Part shown: piece after piece, positions 10,966 to 20,337 of the stretch | How the letters are laid out: every line of letters starts with the position of its first letter | How positions within the stretch are numbered: the stretch's first letter is position 1 | Assembly: GCA_043783505.1 (NCBI GenBank) | Contig: JAYVZL010000081.1 | Coordinates: 1 to 37,759 of the forward strand | Origin: Elusimicrobiota bacterium | GTDB lineage: Bacteria; Elusimicrobiota; Elusimicrobia; UBA1565; UBA9628 | DNA length: 37,759 nucleotides | Reading direction: 5' to 3' | Notes under the pieces: model-generated | Database searches by the model: none | Seen by the model: only the letters and a program-made list of their open reading frames with translations | What the model was told of the DNA's origin: nothing | Program-made: the position numbers and the translations under genes

Positions 10966-12214
10966 TGCGCACCCCCGCTTTCGGCTTGACCCTAAAAAAA
11001 TCGATCGTGCGCTTGAGCGCGCGCGCGAACGCCTCGACGTCGGACTCGTCGTTATAAAGGTAAAAGCTGGCCCGCGCGGTTCCGCCGCACTGGAGCTTAT
11101 GCATCAGCGGCTGGCAGCAGTGATGGCCAACGCGAACGGCGACGCCCTCGAGGTCAAAGGCGGTCCCCACGTCGTGCGGATGGAGACCGGGGACGTTGAA
11201 CGAAACCACGCCCGAGCGCTGAGCCGGATCCTTGGGCCCGAGCACCATCATCCCCTCGGCCTCGAGCAAAGCCCGGGTCTTGTCAGCGAGAGCGTGCTCA
11301 TGCGCGCTGATCGCGTCGAGCCCGACCGCCGTCAAATAATCGAGCGCGGGACCGAAGGCGACCTGGTCGGCGAAGTTGGGCGTGCCCGCCTCGAATTTGT
11401 AAGGCAGCGCGTTCCACGTCGATTTCTCGAGCGTGACACGCGAGATCATGTCTCCGCCGCCTAGGAAAGGATCCATCGCCTCGAGCAGCTCCTCGCGGCC
11501 CCACAGCACGCCTATGCCAGTCGGGCCCAGCATCTTGTGGGCGGAAAAAGAAACGAAGTCCGCGCCCCAGGCCTTAAGATCTATCGGGCGGTGTGGCGCC
11601 CATTGGCAGGCGTCAACGGATACGACCGCGCCGGCGCTCTTACCTAGGCGGATGAGCTCGGCGACAGGATTGACCGTTCCTATCGCGTTTGAGAGTGCCG
11701 TAAAAGTAAAAAGCTTAGGAGCCTCGGAGAGAAGTTTTTTAACTTTCTCCAAATCGAGCGTCCCATCGGGCTCGATCGGAACGTATTTAACGACGACGCC
11801 TCGCTCAGCGGCGAGCAATTGCCACGGAACGATGTTCGAGTGGTGTTCCATCTCGGTGGACAGCACGATGTCGCCTGCCTTCAAGAACTTTCGACCCCAG
11901 GCGTGCGCCACCAGATTCAAAGATTCGGTCGCGTTCCGAGTAAATATTAATGTCTCCGGCTTCGGCGCGCCGACGAACGCCGCCAGCTTCGCGCGCACCG
12001 CCTCCGCCATGTTCGTCGACTCTTCGGACAAAGTGTGCACGCCGCGGTGGACGTTGGCGTTGTGTTTCTCGTAGAAGTCGACGAGGGATTGGATCACCTG
12101 CCGCGGCTTCTGCGTGGTGGCCGCGTTGTCGAGATAGGCCAGGGGCTTGCCGTGCACGAGCCGTTTGAGGATCGGGAAATCGACGCGAAGCTTGGCTGGA
12201 TCGAGTCGCTTCAT
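10676..12214 (-). CDS. sufS: Cysteine desulfurase SufS; conserved part ends ~10994 and the ORF reads on 105 codons across sufU
   Basis: YLDNAATTQKP, HRGVH, MEHHSNIVPW, SAHKMLGPTGIG (PLP Lys), FEAGTP, VRVGHHCCQPL, RASFYLYN. The true 3' end is uncertain (see findings). Confidence 0.93.
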   Translation of the reverse strand: MKRLDPAKLRVDFPILKRLVHGKPLAYLDNAATTQKPRQVIQSLVDFYEKHNANVHRGVHTLSEESTNMAEAVRAKLAAFVGAPKPETLIFTRNATESLNLVAHAWGRKFLKAGDIVLSTEMEHHSNIVPWQLLAAERGVVVKYVPIEPDGTLDLEKVKKLLSEAPKLFTFTALSNAIGTVNPVAELIRLGKSAGAVVSVDACQWAPHRPIDLKAWGADFVSFSAHKMLGPTGIGVLWGREELLEAMDPFLGGGDMISRVTLEKSTWNALPYKFEAGTPNFADQVAFGPALDYLTAVGLDAISAHEHALADKTRALLEAEGMMVLGPKDPAQRSGVVSFNVPGLHPHDVGTAFDLEGVAVRVGHHCCQPLMHKLQCGGTARASFYLYNDESDVEAFARALKRTIDFFRVKPKAGVRNGRRFGAARSLPRGAARLLPLLRAEGQARSGGPARPRHQPGVRRRARDHGRAQGRPGQQAPLRRPWLRDQPGVGGDDGGGPGGRFDRQGQGARGRF

Positions 12215-13539
12215 AAGAGGGCCTCCCCGGCTTCCGGCATGCGCGCGCGCAGAGCGCTCTCAAGAGCAAGGCGCAGCGCCTCGAGCTTCACGCGCTCGAC
12301 CATTTCCGAGCCAAAAGCATAGACTAATAGGCGGCGGGCCTCGTCGGAGTCCACGCCGCGCGAGCGCAGATAGAACAGCGCCTCGGGCGAGAGCTGGCCG
12401 ATGGCGCCGCCGTGCTTGCAGGACACGTCGTCGGCCAGGATTTTGAACTCGGGGTTGGTGTTGACCGAGGCGTCCTCGCAGAGCAATAGATTGCGGTTGT
12501 AGACCTGCGCGTCAGTTTTCTGCGCGCCGGGTCGCACCTCGATGAGCCCGTCGAAGACGAAACGCGACTTCTCATCGAGAACGGCCTTGTACAGCTCGCG
12601 CGTCGTGCCACCCACGGCCTCGTGAACGACGATCGTGTGATGGTCGGCGATCTCGTCGCCGTGCAGCAGCGACAGCCCGTTGAGAACGCAATCGGCGCCC
12701 TCGCCGGCGATCGTCACGCGCATATCCTCGCGGATCAGGGCGCCGCCCAGCGTGAAGACGTGGGACTCGTAACGCGCACGGCACCCAACGCGGACTAAAG
12801 TCGCCGCGGTGCGCACGCCGGAAGCGGCCTCGCGCTGCAGACGGTAGTGCTTGAGGGCGGAGTTTTCGCCCAACTCGACGTCGCACAGGGCGTTGGTCCA
12901 GAACGCCGCGCCGGGCTCGCCCAACGACTCCTCGACGATCTCGGCCTGGGCGCCTGGCTCGAGCACGACCAGGGAGCGTAGATGCGCCATCGCCGGCCCG
13001 CGGGACGCGTCGGGGGCGGAAGCTTCGACGATGTGAATCGGGCGGTCAAGACGGACGCCCCGACCGACGCGGATAAACACTCCGTCGCGAAACAGACCAG
13101 CGGCCAAAGCCGCCAGAGGCAGGCCCTCGGGAAGACGCTCGAGAAAGGGACGCAGGGCCTGCGATGAGTCGCCCAACGCCTCGGCCATGGACTGCACGCT
13201 TACGCCCTTGGGCAAGTCCGACAGGATCGAACGCTCGCGCGAGACGCGGCCGTTCTCGAGCACGATCTGATGAAAGGCGAGAGGGCACAACGCCTTGCCG
13301 GCCGCCGCGCCGCGGCGCTCGGGGCGCTCGGCGGGCGCGAATGCGGACTCGAGAAGCGGCGCCGTCGGTGTAAAGCGCCAATCCCCGCGCCGAGCCGTCG
13401 GCGCGCCCTGCGCCTCAAAAGAAGCTATTGCGGCGGTCCGGACCGTTTCAAGCCATTGGGGCCCGCCCGAGGGCAAAGCCGCCTGAGCCTGGGTCAAGCG
13501 GGCCTTGAGCGCGGGGGCGACGGTCAGCGTCACGCTCAC
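12211..13539 (-). CDS. sufD: Fe-S cluster assembly protein SufD
   Basis: [49 protein letters not shown]. Confidence 0.93.
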   Translation of the reverse strand: MSVTLTVAPALKARLTQAQAALPSGGPQWLETVRTAAIASFEAQGAPTARRGDWRFTPTAPLLESAFAPAERPERRGAAAGKALCPLAFHQIVLENGRVSRERSILSDLPKGVSVQSMAEALGDSSQALRPFLERLPEGLPLAALAAGLFRDGVFIRVGRGVRLDRPIHIVEASAPDASRGPAMAHLRSLVVLEPGAQAEIVEESLGEPGAAFWTNALCDVELGENSALKHYRLQREAASGVRTAATLVRVGCRARYESHVFTLGGALIREDMRVTIAGEGADCVLNGLSLLHGDEIADHHTIVVHEAVGGTTRELYKAVLDEKSRFVFDGLIEVRPGAQKTDAQVYNRNLLLCEDASVNTNPEFKILADDVSCKHGGAIGQLSPEALFYLRSRGVDSDEARRLLVYAFGSEMVERVKLEALRLALESALRARMPEAGEALL

Positions 13540-14294
13540 GCGGCCACCTTCCCCGCGTCCTCGATCCAGCCGTAGCCCTCCTTCTCAAGCTGAAGGGCGA
13601 GCTCCTTGCCGCCGGACTTGACGATCCGGCCGCCGGAAAGGACGTGGACGTAGTCCGGCACGATGTAATCCAAAAGGCGCTGGTAATGCGTGACCAGAAC
13701 GACGGCGCGTTGAGGAGAGCGAAGTTTGTTGATGCCGTTGGCCACGATCTTGAGCGCATCGATGTCGAGACCTGAGTCCGTCTCGTCAAGAAGCGCCAAT
13801 TTCGGCTCAAGCACGGCCATTTGCAAGATTTCGTTTCGTTTCTTTTCCCCGCCCGAGAAGCCCTCATTGACGGAGCGATTAAGGAAAGAGGGATCCATCT
13901 CCACCATCTTGGCCTTCTCCTTGATGAACTTGAGGAAGGCGCCCGCGTCCATCTCGGGCTCGCCGCGGTGCTTGCGCAAGGCGTTGTAGGCGGCCTTAAG
14001 AAAATACTTGTTGGAGACGCCGGGGATCTCGACGGGATATTGGAAGGCGAGGAACACGCCCTCGCGCGCCCGCTCCTCGGGCGCCATCGTCAGCAGGTTC
14101 TTGCCTAGATATTCGGCGGTTCCCTCGGTCACCTGATAGCCGTCGCGGCCGGCCAAGACATAGGAGAGCGTGCTCTTGCCCGAGCCATTGGGGCCCATGA
14201 TCGCGTGCACTTCCCCGGGCTTCACCTCGAGGTTCAGCCCCTTTAAGATGATCTTGTCGGCGACTTTCGCGTGCAGGTTCTTTATCTTCAGCAT
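13536..14294 (-). CDS. sufC: Fe-S cluster assembly ATPase SufC
   Basis: [59 protein letters not shown]. Confidence 0.97.
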   Translation of the reverse strand: MLKIKNLHAKVADKIILKGLNLEVKPGEVHAIMGPNGSGKSTLSYVLAGRDGYQVTEGTAEYLGKNLLTMAPEERAREGVFLAFQYPVEIPGVSNKYFLKAAYNALRKHRGEPEMDAGAFLKFIKEKAKMVEMDPSFLNRSVNEGFSGGEKKRNEILQMAVLEPKLALLDETDSGLDIDALKIVANGINKLRSPQRAVVLVTHYQRLLDYIVPDYVHVLSGGRIVKSGGKELALQLEKEGYGWIEDAGKVAA

Positions 14295-15733
14295 CAGCCT
14301 ACGCTCCCTTCCAAGGAAATGTTCATGAGTTTGTGCGCCTCGACGGCGAACTCGAGCGGGAGTTCGTTGAAAACCTGCTTGCAGAATCCGTTGACGATCA
14401 TGCCGACGGCGTCCTCGGTGGACAGTCCTCGCTGGCGCAGGTAAAAAAGCTGGTCCTCGCCGATCTTGGACGTGGACGCCTCGTGCTCAAGGGTGGCGGA
14501 GGTGTTCTTGACCTCGAGGTACGGGAAGGTGTGCGCGCCGCACTTGTCGCCCAGGAGCAGGCTGTCGCATTGAGAGTAGTTGCGAGCGCCCGTCGCCGAC
14601 TTGGCTATCTTGACCTGGCCGCGGTAGGCGTTCTGCCCATGTCCGGCCGAGATGCCTTTGGAGATGATCGTGGACTTGGTGTTCTTGCCGATGTGGATCA
14701 TCTTGGTGCCGGTGTCGGCCTGTTGATAATGGTTGGCCAAGGCCACGGAGTAAAATTCCCCCACGGAATTGTCCCCCAACAGAATGCAGGACGGATACTT
14801 CCATGTGATGGCCGATCCCGTTTCGACTTGCGTCCAGGAGATCTTCGAGCGCGCGCCGGCGCATTTGCCGCGCTTGGTCACGAAATTGTAGATGCCGCCC
14901 TTGCCGTTCTTATCGCCCGGGTACCAGTTTTGGATAGTCGAATACTTAATCGAGGCGTCGTCCATGGCCACGAGCTCGACGACGGCGGCGTGCAGTTGAT
15001 TTTCATCGCGCATCGGCGCCGTACAGCCCTCAAGATAACTGACGCTGGCGCCCTCTTCAGCGACGATCAAAGTTCTTTCGAATTGCCCCGTGTCCTTGGC
15101 GTTGATCCGGAAGTAGGTCGACAATTCCATCGGACATTTGACGCCCTTGGGGATGTAGCAAAAGGATCCGTCGGAGAAAACGGCGGAGTTGAGCGTCGCG
15201 AAATAATTGTCCGTGTATGGAACGACAGAACCAAGGTATTTTTCAAGCAGCGCGGGATGCTCGAGCACGGCTTCTGAGAACGAGCAGAAGATGACCCCGG
15301 CTTCGCCCAATGTCTTTTTAAACGTGGTCGCGACCGACACGGAGTCGAAGACTGCGTCGACTGCCACGTTGGAGAGCATCTTCTGCTCATCGAGAGGAAT
15401 GCCCAGCTTGTCGAACGTGGCCCGAATCTCGGGGTCGACCTCGTCCATCGACCCCAGCTTCTTCTTGGGCTTGGGAGCCGAATAATAGATGATGTTGTTG
15501 TAGTCGATCTTCGGGTAATGGACGTGCGCCCAAGTCGGCTCGGTCATCCCCAGCCAATGCTTGTAGGCCTTAAGCCGCCAGGCGAGCATGAAAGCGGGTT
15601 CGTTCTTTTTCTTGGAGATCAGCCGGACGATGTCCTCATTGAGGCCGCGGGGCACCTGGTCGGCCTCGATAGCCGACTCAAAACCGTACTTATACTCCCG
15701 ATCGGCTATTTCCTTGAGATCCTGATTGGCCAT
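14294..15733 (-). CDS. sufB: Fe-S cluster assembly protein SufB
   Basis: [69 protein letters not shown]. Confidence 0.97.
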   Translation of the reverse strand: MANQDLKEIADREYKYGFESAIEADQVPRGLNEDIVRLISKKKNEPAFMLAWRLKAYKHWLGMTEPTWAHVHYPKIDYNNIIYYSAPKPKKKLGSMDEVDPEIRATFDKLGIPLDEQKMLSNVAVDAVFDSVSVATTFKKTLGEAGVIFCSFSEAVLEHPALLEKYLGSVVPYTDNYFATLNSAVFSDGSFCYIPKGVKCPMELSTYFRINAKDTGQFERTLIVAEEGASVSYLEGCTAPMRDENQLHAAVVELVAMDDASIKYSTIQNWYPGDKNGKGGIYNFVTKRGKCAGARSKISWTQVETGSAITWKYPSCILLGDNSVGEFYSVALANHYQQADTGTKMIHIGKNTKSTIISKGISAGHGQNAYRGQVKIAKSATGARNYSQCDSLLLGDKCGAHTFPYLEVKNTSATLEHEASTSKIGEDQLFYLRQRGLSTEDAVGMIVNGFCKQVFNELPLEFAVEAHKLMNISLEGSVG

Positions 15734-15739
15734 GTTCGC

Positions 15740-15768
15740 AGTATACCATTCCTGACTCTTTTAGTCAA
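15740..15768 (-). promoter_or_regulatory. sigma70-type promoter of the suf operon (predicted leaderless)
   Basis: Minus strand TTGACT (15768-15763), 17-nt spacer ending TGG, TATACT (15745-15740), 6 nt, then the sufB ATG. Confidence 0.8.
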
Positions 15769-15772
15769 GAAT
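15748..15772. promoter_or_regulatory. Rrf2/IscR type-1-like operator overlapping the -35 box
   Basis: ATTCCTGACT-CTTTT-AGTCAAGAAT: 25-bp palindrome with one mismatch and the GACT-N5-AGTC core of IscR type-1 sites. Confidence 0.75.
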
Positions 15773-15894
15773 TGGCCTCATCGTCGCGCCCCGCAGCTAA
15801 CTCTAAAGCCGACCAGCACCCTAGGCCTTCTGGCCCGACTTTTTTTCCCCTCCGGCCCATGCGCCGATTTCGTCCGGCGTGTACCATTGAGGCG

Positions 15895-18800
15895 ATGTCC
15901 TCAAAGAAACATATCGCCGCATTGTTGGCGGCGCTGCAGATCGCGTGGTCCTTCTCAGCGGGAGCTTATCAAGCCCTGGCTCAGAGCGTCATCCACTCGC
16001 CGCAAGTCGGCGTCACGGGCCATGTCGTCGCGCCGCCGGTCGTGGGAAATCTTTCCTCTCAGCGGACAACGATGTCGGTCATGCCGCAAGACTTGTCAGT
16101 CTTCGCGCTGCCCGGGAACGCCTTTCCAGTCTTCGCAGCGATGCCGTCGGTCTTTCAGGCCAACCCTTCCCTGGTCGCGAAAGTCGTCCGCTCGCGCCCG
16201 TTCAAGGTTCCCCAAAGCCAGAAAGTTCCGTCCGTCCTTCCACGCAACATCCCGACGGAAGGATCAAAACTAGCCGGCGACAAAGCCTTCGCCGCGGTCT
16301 ATGACGAGAAGCTCCTCGACAACCCCGAGGCGACGCCTTCCGCCGCCGTCCCCGTTTCGGCCGCGCCGTCCGCGCCCGCCGCGATGCGTCCTCATACGAT
16401 CTCCCTCGCCAAAGCGAATCCTCTCGCCGACGCCGCGATCCCTGTTCCCGCCGCGCCGACACCGGCTCAAAGTCTCTGGCAGAAGCCCTCGGTTCAAGCG
16501 ACGCTCGGCGCGGTCGCGATCGCGGCGTCTTTGGCCGCCTTCGGGATCGCGACGACGGGAACCGTCATCCTGGGCGCACTGGGTATTCCGTGGATATTGA
16601 AGCTCGGCTGGCCCTGGAGTAAAAAAAATATTGAGTCCGGTCCCAAAGCGGTCAAAGACGTAGCCCTCGCCGGCCCGCTCATGTGGTTCTCGGCGGCCTC
16701 GCTTCTCTCTCTGGTCTCCATCGGGCGCGGCTCAAGTCCTTTATGGTACGCGGTCAACGGCGCGGGCGTGATCGAAAGCCTGACTATCCTCGGTCAGCTC
16801 AACGCCTACAAGAAGAGCCCAAAAGCGATGATCGCCACGGCCGCGACGATCGCGGTCGTCGCGGCAGGAGTCGCGGTCGTCGCCAGCCAGGTACTGCTGC
16901 CGCTCTCCGCCGGACTCACGGCGGCGTTCTGGGTCTCGATGGGCCTGCTCTGGCTCCTCGACGCTCCGCAAGTCCAGCGCAACTATCATTTATTTAAGGA
17001 CCAGGGCCGCACGCCGGAAGGCATCTCCGCGGGCTCCAAAGCCTTACTGGTTCTGGGCAGCCTCATGCATCTCTACGCCGCGATCATGGGCGCGGATGTG
17101 TCCTGGATGATCAACGCGGGCATCGCCGTCGTCATGGGCTCGACGATCCTCGCACAGATGTACCTTCCACGCCAGGCCAACGCCGTTATTGGTCCACTGG
17201 TGCGCGGCGTCGAGAAGCTTCTCTCCTTCATCCGCCCCGCGAAGGCCGCGACAGTCGCCGTGGCCCCTGTTGCCGCCGCCGCCCCTATTGAGGAAGCCCG
17301 CGCGCTCGTCGCCAAGGAATTCGCGGGAACCGACTACACGCGCTTCAAGGGCGTCAACGGCAAGGAAGCCCTCGACTCATTGGCCGAGAAGGCCGCAGCC
17401 CTGCCTGGGCGCAGCGCGATCATGCTCGGGGCGCCGACCGGGGCAGGCAAGTCCACGGTTTCGGCGGCGGTCGACAAAATCCTGCCCGGTCGCATCGCCA
17501 TATTGCCCGTGGACCGCTACTTCCGGCCCATCGACGAGGTTCCCAAGGGGATAGACGGCAAGCCCGACTTCGACCAGCCGCAGTCTCTTTACCTCGAACG
17601 CGCCGCGGCCGCCGCAAAAACCCTGCTCGAAGGAGGCCGCATCGAACTTCCGGTGCACGTGATCAACGGCGGCACGCGCTGGGACAGCGGCGAGTTCATG
17701 CAGCTCGACAAAGACGACATACTCATCATCGATTCGATCTACGCCTCCCACGAGCTGTTCGTTAACGCCGTTAAAGGGCACCAGTCGCTCAACGTTTACC
17801 TAACCGCGCCGACGTCCGTGCGCCTCGCGCGCCGTCTCAAGCGTGACATCGTCGAACGCGGCATCTCCGCGGAAAAGAACCTCCAGATGTGGCCGCAAAT
17901 TCTCATCGATGAGCGCGAGCACATTCTGCCGTTGCGCGCCAAGGCCGACGTGGTCCTAAATCTCGTCGGCGAGGAGGAATTGAGCCGCCTGCCCGAGACC
18001 TACGCCGAGATCATGGCCAAGAACTGGGAGGTTGCCGGCAAGGACGCGCGTGTCACCGAGCTTTTCACGCGCATGATTAAGGCCTCCATCGCGGCCGACG
18101 CCGCGCCGCTGTCGGCCGAAGTCCCGCAAGTGGACGTCACGGGAACCCCCCAGGCGCCGGAGCGCTTAAAGGTCCTCATCGATCACGCCCTTCGCGCCTA
18201 CGCCGACGTGCAGGACGATCATGCCCACCAAAAGAACTTCTCTGATTTTCACGTCCACGCCGCCGTAGAGCTCGCCGACGGGCGCTGGTTCTCGGCCGGC
18301 AACGTCGAGCTCAGCCGCGAGCTCACGCTCTGCGCCGAGCGCGCGGCGATCATGGCCGCCCTGGAAAGCTCGAAGCTCTCGCAGATCGTGCGCACGGTCA
18401 TCGTCAGCAACAGCGGCGAGCAGTTCAAGAAGCTGTGCGCCGAATGCCTGAGCTGGCTGGCCACGGGAAAATATTTCTCGCCCGAGACCGAGATCGTCAG
18501 CGTGGCGCGCGACCCGGCCAGCGGCCGCTTCTCGATTAAGATCAAGACGCTCAAGGAGCTTCTCCCCTTTCACGTCCCGTCCGCCGGGCTGGCCTCGATC
18601 ACGCAAAAGCCCGTCGACTCGCTCGAGCTCGACGTCAGTCCGCGCGCGGCCGCCTTAAATCCTTCCACTCGTGAGTTGACGAGCCTGATGGCGCAGGCGC
18701 GGCGCGCCTACGTCGCCGGCTCCGCGGAGCGATTCTCGACTAATCCCGCGGCCGCCGCCGTCAGCCTTGCGCCGTTCGGCCGCGCCAGCGCCGTCCGTTT

Positions 18801-19140
18801 CCAATGGGCGCCCCGCTTCAGCGAAGCCGAGGATCTGCAGGCCGCCTCCGCCGCGTTGGAAAAAACCACGCGCCTTCAGACGCGCCTGCGTCCGATCCTG
18901 CGTTTTATCGACCGCATGGCTTTCGGAAAGATGGGCCTCGAGGAGCGCTTCCTTGGCGCGCCTAAGATCGCGGCCCTCGCCTACTACGGCAAGGACGTCG
19001 ACATGCCGCGCATCCCAAGCTTCGGACGGCTCGTCAAGCAGGGCGCGAGCAAGGACACGCTGATCCTGCGCATCGAGAACGACCGCATCGCCGTGCGCGC
19101 GCTCGACGAGTACTTGCCGGAAATATACGGCCTGCCCTGA
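15895..19140 (+). CDS. Multidomain fusion: signal peptide/leader + SWEET/PQ-loop-like membrane domain + uridine kinase-like P-loop domain + cytidine deaminase domain(s)
   Basis: Start reassigned to ATG 15895 (TACCAT 7 nt upstream; signal peptide follows). TM region ~16490-17175 (APQVQRNY..EGIS). Kinase ~17410-17970 (GAPTGAGKST, PVDRYF, DFDQP, RLARRLKRDIVERG). CDA ~18160-18570 (FSDFHVHAAV, GNVE, CAER, CAEC). Confidence 0.8.
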   Translation: MSSKKHIAALLAALQIAWSFSAGAYQALAQSVIHSPQVGVTGHVVAPPVVGNLSSQRTTMSVMPQDLSVFALPGNAFPVFAAMPSVFQANPSLVAKVVRSRPFKVPQSQKVPSVLPRNIPTEGSKLAGDKAFAAVYDEKLLDNPEATPSAAVPVSAAPSAPAAMRPHTISLAKANPLADAAIPVPAAPTPAQSLWQKPSVQATLGAVAIAASLAAFGIATTGTVILGALGIPWILKLGWPWSKKNIESGPKAVKDVALAGPLMWFSAASLLSLVSIGRGSSPLWYAVNGAGVIESLTILGQLNAYKKSPKAMIATAATIAVVAAGVAVVASQVLLPLSAGLTAAFWVSMGLLWLLDAPQVQRNYHLFKDQGRTPEGISAGSKALLVLGSLMHLYAAIMGADVSWMINAGIAVVMGSTILAQMYLPRQANAVIGPLVRGVEKLLSFIRPAKAATVAVAPVAAAAPIEEARALVAKEFAGTDYTRFKGVNGKEALDSLAEKAAALPGRSAIMLGAPTGAGKSTVSAAVDKILPGRIAILPVDRYFRPIDEVPKGIDGKPDFDQPQSLYLERAAAAAKTLLEGGRIELPVHVINGGTRWDSGEFMQLDKDDILIIDSIYASHELFVNAVKGHQSLNVYLTAPTSVRLARRLKRDIVERGISAEKNLQMWPQILIDEREHILPLRAKADVVLNLVGEEELSRLPETYAEIMAKNWEVAGKDARVTELFTRMIKASIAADAAPLSAEVPQVDVTGTPQAPERLKVLIDHALRAYADVQDDHAHQKNFSDFHVHAAVELADGRWFSAGNVELSRELTLCAERAAIMAALESSKLSQIVRTVIVSNSGEQFKKLCAECLSWLATGKYFSPETEIVSVARDPASGRFSIKIKTLKELLPFHVPSAGLASITQKPVDSLELDVSPRAAALNPSTRELTSLMAQARRAYVAGSAERFSTNPAAAAVSLAPFGRASAVRFQWAPRFSEAEDLQAASAALEKTTRLQTRLRPILRFIDRMAFGKMGLEERFLGAPKIAALAYYGKDVDMPRIPSFGRLVKQGASKDTLILRIENDRIAVRALDEYLPEIYGLP

Positions 19141-19220
19141 TCCGAATTAATTCCCGGGAATAGCAACCGTCAATAGTAAACGGCGCTCCCCTCCAAAGGT
19201 CTGCTGCGAGCCGCGCGATT

Positions 19221-19236
19221 TGGTACTTTCTTCTTC
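19221..19236 (+). promoter_or_regulatory. Extended -10 promoter, predicted leaderless
   Basis: TGG-TACTTT-cttcttc-GTG(19237); no SD sequence. Confidence 0.5.
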
Positions 19237-20337
19237 GTGCTGACGACCCTGCCTCTGCTTTTGGCCCTATGCGCCGCCCCCCCACGCGCTCTCGCGCAAG
19301 CCCCCGCTGAAGCGCCCGCCTCCACGGCCACTTTGCGCGGCGTGCACTTCACCGGCTGGGCCGCGGGCGTGCCCAAGGTGCGGCGGAAATTCATCGCGGA
19401 CATGAAGTCCGGCGGTTTCAACGCGGTCGCTATCGCGCTCAAGGATTACGAAGGCAAGGTTTTCGTGCGCTATGTCCCGCTATCCATGCAAACCGGCGCT
19501 TTCGTCAACGCGATCCCCGACCTTCCCGGGACGGTGCGCGATTTCAAGGACGCGGGCATCTACACCATCGCGCGCATCGCGATATTCAAAGATGACCACC
19601 TCGCCCGCGCGCGTCCCGATCTGGCCATCCACTTTCCCGACGGCCGCATCTGGGCCAACGACAAGGGCACCGCTTGGGTCGACCCTTATAAAAAAGAAGT
19701 ATGGGAATATGTCATCGACATCGCCTCACGCGCCGCTCTCGCGGGCTTCGATGAGATCCAATACGACTACATCCGATTCCCATCCGACGGCAAGACTCGC
19801 CAGTGCCGGTACTCGCGCAAGAACCACTCGCCCGCGACGGCGTCCGAAGCCCTGCGTGAGTTTCTGACCCTGGCGCGCGAACGCCTAAAGCCCCTGGGCG
19901 TCAAAATATCCATCTGCACCTTCGGCTTGACGACCAGCGTCGACAACGGCATGGGCATCGGCCAGCGTCTGGAGCAGATGGCCGACTTAACCGACTACGT
20001 GTCGCCTATGATGTACCCCTCGCACTACGCCAAGGGCGAGTACGGCCTTAAAAATCCGAATCGGCAGCCGTACCTGACGATCCACCATGGAATCAAAGAC
20101 GCCCTCCGGCGCCTGGGGGGCAAGCCGGAGGCGCTGCGCCCTTACCTGCAGGACTTCTCCCTGGGAGTGCGCTACACGCCCGCCTACGTACGCACCCAGA
20201 TCCTCGCGGCAGAGGAATTGGGCGTGCGCGGCTGGATACTTTGGAACGCCCAAAATCACTATTCCTGGTCTGCGATCCAAGCCGGGCCGATCATAAGCCC
20301 CGAACCAGCCGGCCAGCCGTCCAAGGAAAAGCCATGA
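19237..20337 (+). CDS. Secreted putative glycoside hydrolase (DUF4015-like TIM barrel)
   Basis: Signal peptide; YTIARIAIFKD, WVDPY, GFDEIQYDYIRFP, SPMMYPSHY, RPYLQDF, WILWNA. Confidence 0.85.
   Translation: MLTTLPLLLALCAAPPRALAQAPAEAPASTATLRGVHFTGWAAGVPKVRRKFIADMKSGGFNAVAIALKDYEGKVFVRYVPLSMQTGAFVNAIPDLPGTVRDFKDAGIYTIARIAIFKDDHLARARPDLAIHFPDGRIWANDKGTAWVDPYKKEVWEYVIDIASRAALAGFDEIQYDYIRFPSDGKTRQCRYSRKNHSPATASEALREFLTLARERLKPLGVKISICTFGLTTSVDNGMGIGQRLEQMADLTDYVSPMMYPSHYAKGEYGLKNPNRQPYLTIHHGIKDALRRLGGKPEALRPYLQDFSLGVRYTPAYVRTQILAAEELGVRGWILWNAQNHYSWSAIQAGPIISPEPAGQPSKEKP

Noticed and set aside
15772-15894. N-terminal extensions in the ORF track (also 7924..8766, 20241, 25019, 33239, 34294 starts)
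   Set aside because: Downstream starts are supported by signal peptides, -10/SD positions or ATGA/GTGA overlaps, while the extensions run over promoters or neighbouring genes.
19145-19173. Antisense promoter (TTGACG on the minus strand) firing into the fusion gene
   Set aside because: No acceptable -10 hexamer at 16-18 nt spacing.
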